The position numbers and the translations under genes are program-made. A DNA stretch of 64,000 nucleotides from Camelus dromedarius (lineage: Eukaryota): positions 66,466,001-66,530,000 of the forward strand of contig NC_087437.1 of NCBI RefSeq assembly GCF_036321535.1, in the 5' to 3' direction. Below are positions 12,156-25,129 of this stretch, piece by piece. Each line of letters begins with the position of its first letter. Position 1 is the first letter of the stretch. The notes beneath the pieces were generated by a model that was not told the origin of the DNA, ran no database searches, and worked only from the letters and a program-made list of their open reading frames with translations.

Positions 12156-12829
12156 GTCATACTTGTGGTTGTGGGCCCAGTATCTCTCTTCCCAGAATCT
12201 TGGAACACTTTGTTTCCCCCTCATTTATGAATTATACCGCAGAACGTGATGCCTATGTGTGAGTTCCCTGCTAGGTGGTTATAATCTCCCTGAGGGCAGC
12301 ACCTGTACCACCTTCATTTGGTGGGGGCTCAGGTCAGCTCAATAATTCTTTTAAAGATGGTCTTTCCTAACACTGCTTTAATAGAGTTCTGCTTTGATTG
12401 AAAAGGAGAAAAAAAATCAGCTCATAACTACTTTGAGAGAATGTTCCTTGCCGCTTACGATACCATTAAATGAAACTCATGCTTACTATTATTTTATTAT
12501 TAAATGAATTAACACTCAAATGAATAAAACCTCTTAAATTTTCATCTTTAAAACTTAAATACACAATGATGGCAAATGTCATGATAGAGATAAATTATAT
12601 TTTGACAGTAAAAAAAAAAATTAGGTATGTAATATATATGGAATTACCTAAAAACTAAGATGTGATTTGGGCTTTCATATTTATTTTTAAATAAATCACT
12701 ATAATGTATGAGAGAGAAAGGAATTGAGAAAAGAAGGTGGAAATCTGGAATCTAATAACACAACAGTACCTCTTTCTAGCAATATTAGTAACACTGACTT
12801 TCTCTTAACAGCTGTAGCTTGTTTCTGTT

Positions 12830-13975
12830 AGTTCTTGTCCTTGGTTTTCTTTTATTCTTTGAGTATATTTAAAACAGTTTTTAAAAAAGTTCTTGTCTAG
12901 TAAGTTCAATATCTGAGCTTCCTCATGGACAGTTTTGTCAATTTATGATTTTCTCCTTTGAATGGATCATACTTTCCTGCTTCTTTGTATGTTTTGTGAT
13001 TTTGTTGTTGTTGTTGAAAATTGGACATTTAAATATTATAATACGTTAACTCTGGGAGCCAGATTCTTCCCCCCTCCAGGGTTTGCTTTTCTTAATCGTT
13101 GAAGGCTTAGCTTGTGTTCAGCTAGTGTTTGACAGAGATTTCCTTGAATTCCAGGGGCTAAACAAAACTAAACAAAGCCACCACCTCTCCTATCTCTGAG
13201 GGTTGGCTCTGTCCGAGGGCACTCCCTTTAACACGGAGCCATTTAAAACACTCTCAGCCCTCACTTCCTGCTTGCACTGAGCCTGGAGAGCCACCAGCGG
13301 TGGAAGCTGAGGGTCTTCTACCGTCTTTTCTGCACCTTGTTCTGTCCCAGGCATGCCTGTTGCTTTCTCAGTTTCCCAGTATGCACAGACACTTTTGAAT
13401 TTTCCTAGTTTCCCAAAGACACTCTCCCTGGCCTTTCCTCCTAGGCCTTAGGCAGTCTATTGTATGTCTCAGCCTTAATCTTTTGCCCCCAGGAAGCTGC
13501 AGATTTTTTTGTTTGCCTTACTAGGTTCTTGAGCAGTGCTTGTCACAGGCACCCTCTTCCCTGTGTGGAGTCCAAGTTAGTCAAAACAGAGAAAGCACTT
13601 TGCACCAGTCCTTCAGTGAGCCCCCAGACAGGTTAGGACAAACAGACACAATAATTTGTGCGTACGGACTGCTCTGCTCCCTCCAGAACCAGGGTCCAGG
13701 GCCCTGTACTGGGAATACAGGCTAAGCTGATTTCAAGACTGCTGCTGAGCCAGGGAGGGGAAGTCACAAGAAAGGTGAAAATGCCACAAAGCTCTCCTAC
13801 CACTTTTAAGTTGTCGTTTTCTTGATTCAGAATTTTCTTGGTTGCTGTAAACCTTCGACTCTTTTTGAGCATTCTGGCAAAGTTGGTTCTGATAGTTCCT
13901 GCTTGTTCTTCAGTGTTTGTGTGAAGGGACAGGAGTTTGGAGCTACCTGCCCTTCCATTTTGCTGATGTCACCAG
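12830..13975 (-). mobile_element. Old L1 5'/ORF1-side fragment
   Basis: CATACTTTCCTGCTTCTTTGTATG...TTGAAAATTGGACATTT...CCTTCCATTTTGCTGATGTCAC pattern typical of ancient L1M 5' regions. Confidence 0.55.
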
Positions 13976-14124
13976 TGCTGGTGGATGACTCATTTCTTAA
14001 CTTCTTTGTGTCTGTCTCAGTTCCTGCCTCCTGTACAGGAGGTGACACAGGTGCCTGGAGGTGTGGCCTTCTTTTTGAGAGACAAGATTGATAAAATAAC
14101 AACAAAAAGCCTATTCCAAAAGCC

Positions 14125-14605
14125 TGTCACCTGAAAAAATAAAAAAGCACAACCTAAAATTTGAGAATTATGTTTTATTCGAGGACATTACTGAGAACTA
14201 TAGCTCAGAAACAGCCTCTCAGTTAGCTCTGTGGAAACTTCCAAAGGGATAAGGGAAGGGCCAGGATATATAGGAGGTTTTGCTGGAGAGGAAAAAAGCA
14301 CGTAGTTGAACATGAAGAGATTTCTGCTAACCACACACACACACACACCAGACATTTGAAATAAATGATTTTAGTGCCCTTCTATGTCTGGGAAGATGCA
14401 AGAATCTGGGCTCACTGAAATTATTCCTTTGAAAGGCATTTTAACTATCTAGGGCCAGTCTCCTGTTTTTTTCCATCCTTAATCCTCCCCCCCCCCCCCG
14501 GCACACCATCGTTGATGGCTGCAATGGCTGATGGCTTGATGGCTCGATGGCTTGATGGCACATTCATTGTTTACTGACAGGGCAAGCAACATTTTTTTCC
14601 CCATA
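14125..14605 (-). mobile_element. Solo ERV1-type LTR (481 bp), same orientation as NR1I2
   Basis: TG...(C>T)A termini, 4-bp TSD AGCC, minus-strand AATAAA near 14173-14178. Confidence 0.8.
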
Positions 14606-14699
14606 AGCCCAAGACCTTTTTGTGTTGGGCTTTGTGTCCACATTGGCTGTGCTGGTAAACAGTGTCTCCCTAGAAGGAGCTGTAGGGATCTATCTCTTG

Positions 14700-17690
14700 T
14701 TTATGATTAGTACTTTTTGGTTTCTGTGCAGATAAGCCATGAAGGTATTCTCCTATGTTTTCTTCTAGGAGCTTTATAGTTAAAATTTTTTACTTAATTC
14801 TGAGATCCACCTCAAGCTAATTGTGTTTAGTGTGATGCAGATGTTATGATTCATTTTCCTCCATTTCATTTATTCAGTAGTTCCAGCATAATTTGTTGAA
14901 AAGACAATCCTTTGTCCATTACGCACCTCTGGCACATTAATAAAAAATCATTTAACTTCAGACGTCTCGGCCTGTCTGGACCCCCTAGCCTGTAAAATTT
15001 ATCTATTTATCTATCCTTCTGCCAATACCACACTGTTCTGAATGAAGCTTTACAGCAAGTCTTGAAATCAAGTGGCATGGGTCATTCAACTTTGCTCAAA
15101 ATTGTGGGCTATATCTAAGCCCTTTGCTTTACTATATAAAATTTAAAATCTGCTTATCAAAGTTACTGAAATGCTTGATTGTTATCATTAAATCTATATA
15201 TCAATTTGGGGAGAATCAACATCATAATAAGTTGAGTGTTCCAATATGTGAATGTGGCATATCTCTCTATTTGTTTAGGTCACTTATTTTTTCAGTATTT
15301 TGTTGGTTTCAGTACAGAGGTCTTGCATGTCTTTTGTTAAATTTATTCTTAAGTATTTAGAGTTTTTAATACTATTGTTATTATAGATTAAAGTTTTCAT
15401 CTCCTAATTGTTTGCTGCTAGTGTACACCCACACGCCTAGCTGGTAGCTGCCTGGAAGGAGACAGACTCCTTTTTCTTAAGAATATGTGAGTTGGAGAGA
15501 CTCTAATAATGCATCATTGTTAGTATTTCATAGATTTTCCTCTTTGGCAGCTGGCACTTCTCCCATGATGTCACTTCAGTAAAATGTACTCTGCTGGACA
15601 TTTTAGAAGTTAAACTACCAACAAGTGAAGAAACAGAAGCAAACATGAAGTAGCAAGTAACAGGACGCCATGTCCCCGATGAGTGAAGCTATCGCACACT
15701 AGTAACTGACTCTCGGCAAGCTTTAGCCCCAGGCTGGCCAGGTCAATTTTAGCCTCTATATCCAGATAGTCAGCGTCTCCTGGATGATTCCAGATTTACC
15801 TGTTGATTTCGGATCATAACTGGATCTCTACAGCTGTTTGAATTCAAACTTAGTATTGAATTATCCAGGATTCTGCCCAGCACCCAGTATCAGCTTTTTG
15901 ACTGAGATCCTCCCTCAGCTTTGCTGAGATGCGCTTTCTCTAATGCTCTCTGGTTTTTCAGCCTTTACCAGCTAACTTGGCTCCGGAGAGTCAATTTCCT
16001 GGTTGCCTGGGCAGCGCTATAACTCCAGCCTCTCATCAGCTAACAAGGTCCCTCTTTCCTTTGTCAGACCCCAGGGCTGGGTCCTGATCTGATCACTCCT
16101 TTGGGAGGGTTGCCCTGATGTAATCTCCCTTTTCCTGAGTCCCCTCCCAGGGACACACATCCTGATCACTTGTCTTCCCTTCCTACCTTATTCTGTGTGG
16201 ATCTTTCTTTCAGCTTTGGTTGTACAAGAGTCTTTTTGCTGCTCTCCAATTAGTTTTCAGTGAGAATTTTTCCATACGTAGATGTATTTTTGATGTTTGT
16301 AGGGGGAAGTGAGTTCCGCATCCTACTGCTCCACCATCTTGATTTGAGCCCCCTCCTCTCATTCTTGACATTGATCATTTGTATTTTCTCTTTTTAAAAT
16401 CAGTTTCCTAAGTGTGTATTCTTCCCCCTTCCAGCACTGGCACCCTCAGTCCCATAGGGAACAGTGCTGGAGCAACAGGGGCTGATAGGGGTATTTGGCA
16501 GTGTTGCTGGGAGTTTATTAATTAAGGTTTTTAAAGAAACTAAATTTGATTTTGTTAATTACCTTTATTGATTGTAAGTTTTCTGCTTCATTGATTTCTG
16601 CTCTTACTGTAAAATATCCCTCTTACAACTTACTTTGGATATACTTTGCTTTTCTTTGTGTGTCTTCCCTAGGTGGGAACTTAAATTGATTTTAAACTTT
16701 TCTAACATGAGAATATAAAGTTGTACACTTCTAAGCACTGCTTCAGCTGCATCCCATAAAATTCAGAGTTGTATTTTCTCAATTATTAAGGTCAAAGTTT
16801 TTTCTTATTTCCATTGTGAGTTCTTCTTTGAACCATAAATTATTTAGAAATGTGTTGTTTAACCTCCAACTATTTGGGGGATTTCCTAATCTTTTTTGTT
16901 TGTTTTTTGCTCCTGATTTCTAATTTAATTATTTCTGTGAACAAGGAATATATTCCTTAAGATTTCAATCTTTGGATGTTTCTTGAGACTTGTTTTATGG
17001 CTCAGGATATGGCCCATCTTGGTAAATGTCCTATGTGCATTTGAAAGTATATGGCCTTCAGTGGTTAGATGTAGTGTTCTGATTGGTATTAGGTTAAGGT
17101 GTTGGATAGGGTTGTTCAAATCGTGCAAATTTTACTGATTCCTTGTTTAATTGTTCTATGGAGGATTGAGAGAAAGTTGTTAAATCTCCAACTATGATTT
17201 AGAATTGTCTCTTTCTTTGCTTATGACAGCTTTGCTTCATAAATTTTGAAGCTCATTTATTAGAAGCATAAATAATTAAGATTGTTCAGTTTTCCTGATG
17301 AATTGATCCTTTTATCATTATAAAACATCATTTTTTATCTCTGGTAATACTCCTTGCTTTGAAGTTTTCTTTGCCAGCTATAATAATAGGGCCACTCTGG
17401 TTTCCTTATGTTAAGTATTTTTCTGGTACACTTCTTCCATTTGTTTACTTTATTTCCCTTTTTATATTTAAAGGTTATCTTACAAATATCACATACTTGG
17501 GTTTTGCATTTAAAAAAATCCATTTTGACAATCTGTGCCTTTTTATTTGGGGTGCCTAATCCACTCATATTTAATGCATGTTACAGTTGAGTTTAGGTGT
17601 ACTATTTTGCTATCTGTTTTGTTTCTCCCATCTGTATTGTGGTCTTCTGTTTCTCCACTCTTTCCCTAGTCTAGGTTAATTTTTGGTATT
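14700..17690 (-). mobile_element. Fragmented old L1 ORF2, interrupted by an L1 5'-UTR piece (about 15900-16345)
   Basis: Endonuclease-like remnants in ORFs 16925..17128 and 17335..17568; 16100-16345 resembles the reverse complement of the L1 5' end at 53270-53600. Confidence 0.75.
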
Positions 17691-18529
17691 CCCAGTCATC
17701 AAGGGATGCGTGAAGAGCTTGCCTTAACCCTTCCAGGGTCTCCCCCATTAAATTTCTGGTTGGTCTGCTGTTCTTCCCAATGAATAAGACTGTGTCTTTG
17801 GGCTAACAAAGCTATAGTTTTTCCCTGTTCACTTCTAACCAAGTTTACTAATTTTGGCATGTAAAGTCACAAGATTTCTCCCCAACTGACCACTCTAAAG
17901 CCAGTCTTCCCAGTCTGACAGCAAAGCTGCTGGGTTAGAAGACTACCATTCTTGCTGATTGAGCTAGGTAGGGGCCATGGGCAATAGCAGATGTCTACTC
18001 TTCTTACCTGAATCTCCAGCAGGTTTTCAATTTATTATCTATCTCGGGTAGATTTCTATTGCCTTAAAATGGGTGTTTTTGACAATTTTTTTCCCAGTAA
18101 TATACTTTTTTTAGTAAGGAGGATTGCTGACCTCTTATTTCTGTCATAATTAGAAACTGACTATAATTACATTTTAATACAATGTCTTTAAACTTTATTT
18201 AAAACAAAATAAACAGTGAGGAGAACATTTTTGTATCTTCTCCAAATCCTCTGTTGGAAGTTTCTTAAGTTGTTGAATGTTGTTTGTGCAAGGATAAATG
18301 GGATAATTTTCTTTCAGGATATAGTACAGAAGGCTCCTCTTCCCTTTATTATTTACCTGGTTCCTTGATAACATTTGAATCATAAAATCTTAAACCTTTA
18401 TTTATTAGAAATTAGTATTATAAGTTAGAATTATGTTCTTAAAAACTCATCTTATACCATAAAATATCAAGATATCATAAGTGTTTTCCAAAACCACATA
18501 AATGTTTGCTTCTGCAAACATCAGGTACC

Positions 18530-19680
18530 TGGAATTCAATTCAACACTTATTGAGAAATTACCATGTGCTAGAGAGACCAGGCACCAGGAATATAAACAA
18601 ATAAATTCAGGAGGCACAGCTCCTGCCCTCCTCTCAGACCTGAGAGGCCAGTTGGTGAGATGATGACACAGGCAGTTAGAATCAAGTGATATGTGCTATG
18701 GCCGAGGAAGCATGAGTGTTATGATTGTGCCCAGTGTCAGTATTTCCTCCCACAGTTTTTGCCTCTGGAACACTTGAGGGGTTAGAAATAAAATATCATT
18801 ATAACCTCTACTGAAGACACGTCTTCCATGGCAAATCTTTCTGAATGGTTAATGCTTGGGAAGGGCCAGTTTCCTTGGGAAATGGTTCTATAACTAAACC
18901 TTGAATGCACATTAGATCAGTTGGGAAGCTTTTTAAAAATAACTTTGTCTGGCTCCTCTTCAAAAACTCTATTTTAATTTGTCTGGAAAGAGGTCTAAGA
19001 ACAAGTTTTTAAAAGTTTTCAGATAATTTTAACATGCAGCCATGGTTGAGAACCACTGTAGTCCCTGCTTCCAGTTTTCTTAACATTTGACACCTATAAT
19101 AAAAGGTCCTTTTTCAGTGGTTTTAGTTAAGTTGTCCAGGAAATTATTCACGATGCTTACAGCTTCCTTCTAATGTCTCTGATGTCTGGTAGCCAAGGAG
19201 CCCTTACTGTCAACACTTCAAGACTCTACAGAACACAGGGCACTCATTCCTCTCCCTGCCCACTTGTGACAGCGCATCCGTATTCTCTTCCCCAGGTGAG
19301 ATGGAGAAATTCATCTGATTGCTTAGAGACTGAAATACACTGGGCCACTTTCCATGTAGCAGTAGGTATACTCACTTTGCCTTAAGAGCAGGAAACATAC
19401 TTCACCCATATCCTTTTTGCTTCTATCCCATAGTAAAAATAGCTAATTGGCGTTTATTGGGTGCTTACCATATGCCAGGACCTTTTTACATAAAGTAATT
19501 CATTACATCTTCATACCAACCCCATGATGTACATTCTGTGGTTATACCATTTTAAACATAGGGAAGCTCAGGCTTAGTGAGGTTAAGTAACTTGTCTGAG
19601 GACACACTGTCACTGGACTGGGATTTCAATCCAGACCATCTGGCTCCAGAGCCTCCTCTCTTAACCTCCATGCTACTCCA
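18530..19680. mobile_element. Cluster of ancient repeats: L2 (about 18530-18720), MER5-like (about 18880-19060), MIR (about 19440-19680)
   Basis: ATTCAACACTTATTGAG; TTTTAACATGCAGCCATGGTTGAGAACCACTG; GAAGCTCAGGCTTAGTGAGGTTAAGTAACTTG. Confidence 0.7.
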
Positions 19681-20669
19681 CCGCCACGGTGCTAGGTTGG
19701 TTTTTGTTCCATGAGTGGTAAAGAGTCTTGGAGGCTATTCTGTCACTCATGTGCTCACTGGTAACCTCTATTTCACTAGGAACTGGGTCTGTGAGTCTCC
19801 ATGCCACTTGCATGAAAGTACTCCAAGTCCTAGTAGATGAACTCTACTCCCAAGTGGGTACCGTGACCTGGAATTGAGGGGACGAGAGTTAGTAGTGCGA
19901 GCGCCCCCTGACCTCACAATTACTGAGACTTTAATTTGTCTGGGGGCTCTGTGCTTCAGGAATTTGGAATCTTCAGCAATTTTGTGCCAAAAGTTTCTCA
20001 TCCCAAAGAGATCCTTTACTCACACTACAGACTTCTTCCTTGGATTTTACCTTGCCTATCCTTAAGCATTTTGAAAAGAAAAGAGGCAATGCCCTTGTTA
20101 AGCAGCACAAGGCTTCACTAAATCTAATTATGCATCCATGCAAAAAGTTTCCTACCTCAGAAATCAGTTTGTTGTGATTGTTTATTGCTCTTGACTGTAA
20201 TAATGTAGCTCCAACCCACTATATGGTGTCAGCTACCATGATCACGTGGCTTTAAATATGAGTTTTGCTCATCACTCAGGGTGTTTTATTTCCAAGAGCA
20301 TAAGTTATTAAAGTCAGGGTGTTTTAACTTAAGCCATTGTAAGTGGAGGGCTGCCAGTATCAGGAAGAAGTTTTCCTTTCTTGGAAAACTTCAATTACCT
20401 AATGAGAACTTTGTAATACCTTATACTTTCCTTTTTGTCTAAACACAAAACTTAGTTTTAGAAGACACTGGGATAAAGATTAATTTAGAAAATATTCTAT
20501 TGTAAGTTTCATTGTATATTCTTTATTAGAAGCTGCTTTAAATCCCTTTTCAAAGTAGGTATTGATTTTAATGTGAGTTTATTGCTATACAATAGGGGTG
20601 CCATATATGTATGTGTATAAATATATCAATATATCTATATATCTATATCTATATATATACACATAAATA

Positions 20670-20880
20670 ACTATGGCCCATGGGCCAAATCTGTCCTGCT
20701 ACCAGTTTTTGTAAATAAAGTTTTATTGGGAACACAGCCAGGTTCATTCATTCATGTGTTATCCATTGCTGCGTTTACCTTAAACTGGCAGAGTTGAGTA
20801 GCTGCAACAGAGACCATCTTCCCTACAGAGTCCAAAATTATTACTACTTGGCTCTTTACAGAAAAAGTTCTGTTCCCTGC
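20670..20880. mobile_element. MER58A-like DNA transposon
   Basis: CTATGGCCCATGGGCCAAATCTG...GTAAATAAAGTTTTATTGG.AACACAGCCA; opposite orientation to the copy at 6775. Confidence 0.75.
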
Positions 20881-23289
20881 TGTATAGCATTCTTCCTCCC
20901 ACCTGCTATCTCATCAACCCGAATTCAGGTCTTCTCATTTTGTGTACCTGATTTTTCATTTCACAAGTGAATAATATAACCTTAACCTAGTTCAGGTCAG
21001 CATTTTTAAAGGAACAAAATAAAATTCAATTGCCCTTTACTTGTGCCGTACTTTTCTGTTTATCAGTGATCCTCAAGGAAAAAAAAAATTGTCCCAATCC
21101 TCGTTTTCCTAGAGTAAGGTAAACCCTTTCAAGTTTATATGATCAGATATTCTTTGAGCTCAGAAAATCTTTTATTATAACAGATTATTGTTTCTATTTG
21201 TTTTGGTTTCTTCTTTAAGAATTCCTATTGCTTGTAGGATCGGCCACCCAGGGCTAACTTCCGTCATTTTCATCTCTTTGGCCTTTTCTTCCCATCCCAT
21301 ACTGGATGACTTAACAGATTTATCAGCAACACACCAATTATACCCTCTGCTATGATGTTTCTGTTCTTTTAACTGCATCCAAATGGATGTCATTATATTT
21401 TTTAAAAATCTCAGTCAGCTTTTCTTTTCAGCACACGTCTGTCTGGTTTTTGGCCTCTGTCTGTTCTCACTATGCCCTGCTTCGGTTTCCTAAGAGGCCA
21501 TTTCTTTTTGCTTCCTATGAAGAACACCAAACACCAAGCAGATAGTTTCTGAACCTTTTATCATTTCCTAAAGTAAGATATTTTCTAAGCTAGGCTTTTA
21601 TTCTGTTTTCAGGGTAACCTCCATTGTGTTTTGTAAGTTCTTTACGTGGGTCCCATGTTGATTTGTTGTTGATGGTTTTGCTTATTTATTGTTTTTCCTA
21701 TTTACTTATCTTTCGATGAGGAGGGATCTGTTCAACCCTGATGCTTGTCAGCACACAGGATGGGCAGATGGCTCTCCGGCAGCACCCTCTCCCTGAGTGT
21801 TGCATGAATATACTTCTCAGATCTTAAGCTCAGTGGTGACTTGATGTGCCACTGTATGAATATACCAGGCTTTTTTCCTTTTCCTGTGTGATGGACATTT
21901 GGGTTTCCAGTTCAGGGGCAGCATGACTAGTACGGCTAGAGCATTCCTGTCATGCCTCTTGGTGGGAGAGTGAAACACTGGGAGATGAAATGCTGGGTCA
22001 TGGGGATGTATATGTTCAACCTTAACAGATGATGCCACTGCACCATGCATAGCAAACCAAAACCATTTACGGAATATTCAGCAATATTTTTATTTGATTC
22101 AACAAGCTGACATATCTCCATAGTCAACAAAATGCTGAAACGAGACATGAGAAAACTTTCTCTTGAAGTAGAGCATCTAGGAAACACCAAAGAGAATAAA
22201 GCTCCTCATTTGATTATTATTACTGAAAACCACTGTAAGTTATTGAGAATTTAAGGAAAACAAATCTCTTTCCTCATGAATCATACACCGACAAGCCCAT
22301 AAGAGCAGCACATCTTGGGAGAAGCACAGACTACTGGAATGCTTTCTGATGAGTCGGACAGCCCTTTTTTTAAAAAGATCATCATCTCTAAAAAAACAAC
22401 ACATGTTTATGATTATGTCATCTTTCAGAAACAGTCATTATCAGATCAATATGTTCCTAAAATTACTATGATACAATTACACAGAACCCTGGTTTTGAAG
22501 TCAGGCAGCCCCAGACATATCTGAGCTCTGCCACTTACGGGTTCCATGATCCGAATGTTTCCTAACTCACAGGGTCTCAGTTTCCAAATTCTAGCACTTA
22601 AAAAAAAAAAAAAGCTTTACATTTACATTAACTTGGTTATAGCTATAAACCTAATATGCATACATTGTCAAAAAAATTCAAACCACAAAATGATATAAAC
22701 ATGAGGAAACTAACTCTCTTTCCCCTCAGTCTGACTGCCAGTCCTCAGTTTCCATGCCCAGCACCAACTACTTACCAAGTTCTTTTTGATCTTCCCAGGA
22801 ATAGTCTGTGTATGCTGCAGGCCTAATGCATGTACATACATATTTGTATATATGCATAGATATTTCTAACTTTTAACTATAGAATATGACACATGTAGAA
22901 AAGTGGAGAAAATCAGTGTGCAGCTTAATGAATTAATGTGAAGCACTCATCTGTGTAAATACCACCCAGGTTAAGAAATACCGTAAGTCCCCACTTAACT
23001 CTGTTGCAATAAAGACCCCCTCCCTACCCTCTAAAAGTATCACTATTCTGATTTTTACTTTTTTTTTTTTTTAAATAATAATCACTTCCTTGCTTTTCTT
23101 TGTATCTTTACCGCCTAAGTGTGCATTCCTCAACACTATAGTTTAGGGCTGGGTTTTGAACTTTATGTAAATAGACTTATACTACAGATTTATTTTTGGA
23201 CTTGGCTTCTTTCAATCCTTATTATATTTGTGAGATTCATCCATGCTTCTCTATTTAGTTCTCCTTCACTCTTTTTATCTGCTGTAGAG

Positions 23290-24620
23290 TAGGAATTAAC
23301 AAACTTTTTCTGCAAAGGGCCTCATAGTAAAGATTTTAGGCCTTTTGGGCCAAAAGACAAAATTGAAGATAATATGTAGGTACTCAAATAACAAGAAAGA
23401 AAACAAATTTTCACAATTTTTATTGATAAAATTCAAAAGATAGTAATAATAACTGATAGTTTTTTTTTCATAATATAGATCTACTAAAGAGAAGAATGGA
23501 TCTCTTATTTAGGAAATAACATTTTGCTTAATTGGGGCTCAAATAATTAAAATTGATCACAAATGTTTATTAATGGTGATGTGTAATGAGACTCCCTCAT
23601 CTCAGTTTTGAAAATGTCTTCGAGACAAATATTATTTATCACTTACGTAGTATGTGGAATCTAAAAAATAGTGAAAGTGAACTTATTTACAAAACGGGAA
23701 CAGACTCACCGACATAGAAAACAAACTTATGGTTACTAAAAAGGAAGGCAGGAAGGGATAAAATAGGAGGTTGGGATTAACAGACACACACTACCATCAA
23801 TAAGATAGATAATCAACACGGACCTACTGTATAGCACAGGGAACTATATTCAGTATCTTGTAGTAGCCTATAATGGAAAAGAATAAAAAAGAACATATAT
23901 ATATGTGTATATATACACATATATATATGTCTGAATTACTTTGCTGTGTACTTGAAACTAATACAATATTGTAAATCAACTATACCTCAATTAAAAAAAA
24001 ATCACAGACAGGTGCTGCCAATACTGATCTCAGTCCATAAGCATGTTTTTAATTGTGCATATTTATCACTTGGAAGGCATTTATAGAATTCCATTGGATT
24101 CTTCTCTTGTTATTTGCCTGTTAGCGTGTCATTACAACACAGACGAATCCGTTCCAATTAAAGGTTGTGTGGACATGCCGCCATCGCACAGGGAAACAAT
24201 TGTGAAATATGGGAATCTCCTATGCACTTATTTCAAGGTCCAAAAAATGCTCCTGGAAGTGTAGTTTAAGCTCAGAAAATACATTCACTGCAAATATGGC
24301 TGCGAATGGAGACCCTGCTTTTCTAGCTTTGGCAGCACAGGAAGCACATAAAGCAGCTTACCGTTACTTGTGATTCAGTGTTAGCTGCCACAGAAGTGAC
24401 TTTACCACAGTGTACATTCTGCATATAAGCTCTGTTTTGCCTTGTAATTTCAGGTTGTTTTCATTGCAGAATATTACCAAGTCTCCAGCAAAAGCTAATT
24501 TCCAAAGTCATTCAGTATTCCATAATAGTGGTTAAGGGTAGTTTTCTTAGAAAAAATCTCACCCTTGTTCTGAACTAAAAAAAATCGCACTAAAATATGA
24601 CCATTGCTGAGTCACTGGAC
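23290..24620. mobile_element. Cheshire-like (hAT-Charlie) DNA transposon fragment with a nested L1 3' end (about 23620-24000)
   Basis: CAAACTTTTTCTGCAAAGGGCC...GGGCCAAAAGACAAAATTGAAGAT...AAAACAAATTTTCACAA start; nested L1 tail ends GTAAATCAACTATACCTCAATTAAAAAAAA. Confidence 0.7.
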
Positions 24621-25129
24621 ATCAATGTGGTAGGGCAAGGCAGGATGTTCCGCTACTTCTGACAAAAGAATTCAGGGAATGATGAATTAATGATGGTTAA
24701 ATCTATGAGACTGAGTGAAGATAACACTGACACAGCTGGTTAAATGACACATGATAGATTCAAACAGTTTTCCACTAATAAAGGGTTTATCTACTGAAAA
24801 CCTAAAGCTGACACTCTGGGTAAATTTGGCCTTTGGGGCTCTTCCAGGTTGCAATCCATCATGCTAGCCCACTCAGACTTTTAAAAGCCTTTCTGGTTTC
24901 TGTTTCCCCTAGGAAAGTCTTAGGCCCGTGTGTGCCCAGTGGCCCAGGGGAAGAAAATGGCCAGTGATCTCAGATCACTTAGGAGGGACTCTTTCCTCTC
25001 TACCATTTTAGCTCATCTAGTCCCCTGCCTTTCCACATCTCTTCACTGTCTTTGAAAAATGACATTTACACAGTCTATCCATTATTTTCTGTAGTCTTGC
25101 AGCTACCCACTATATCCTACCTAGAATCA

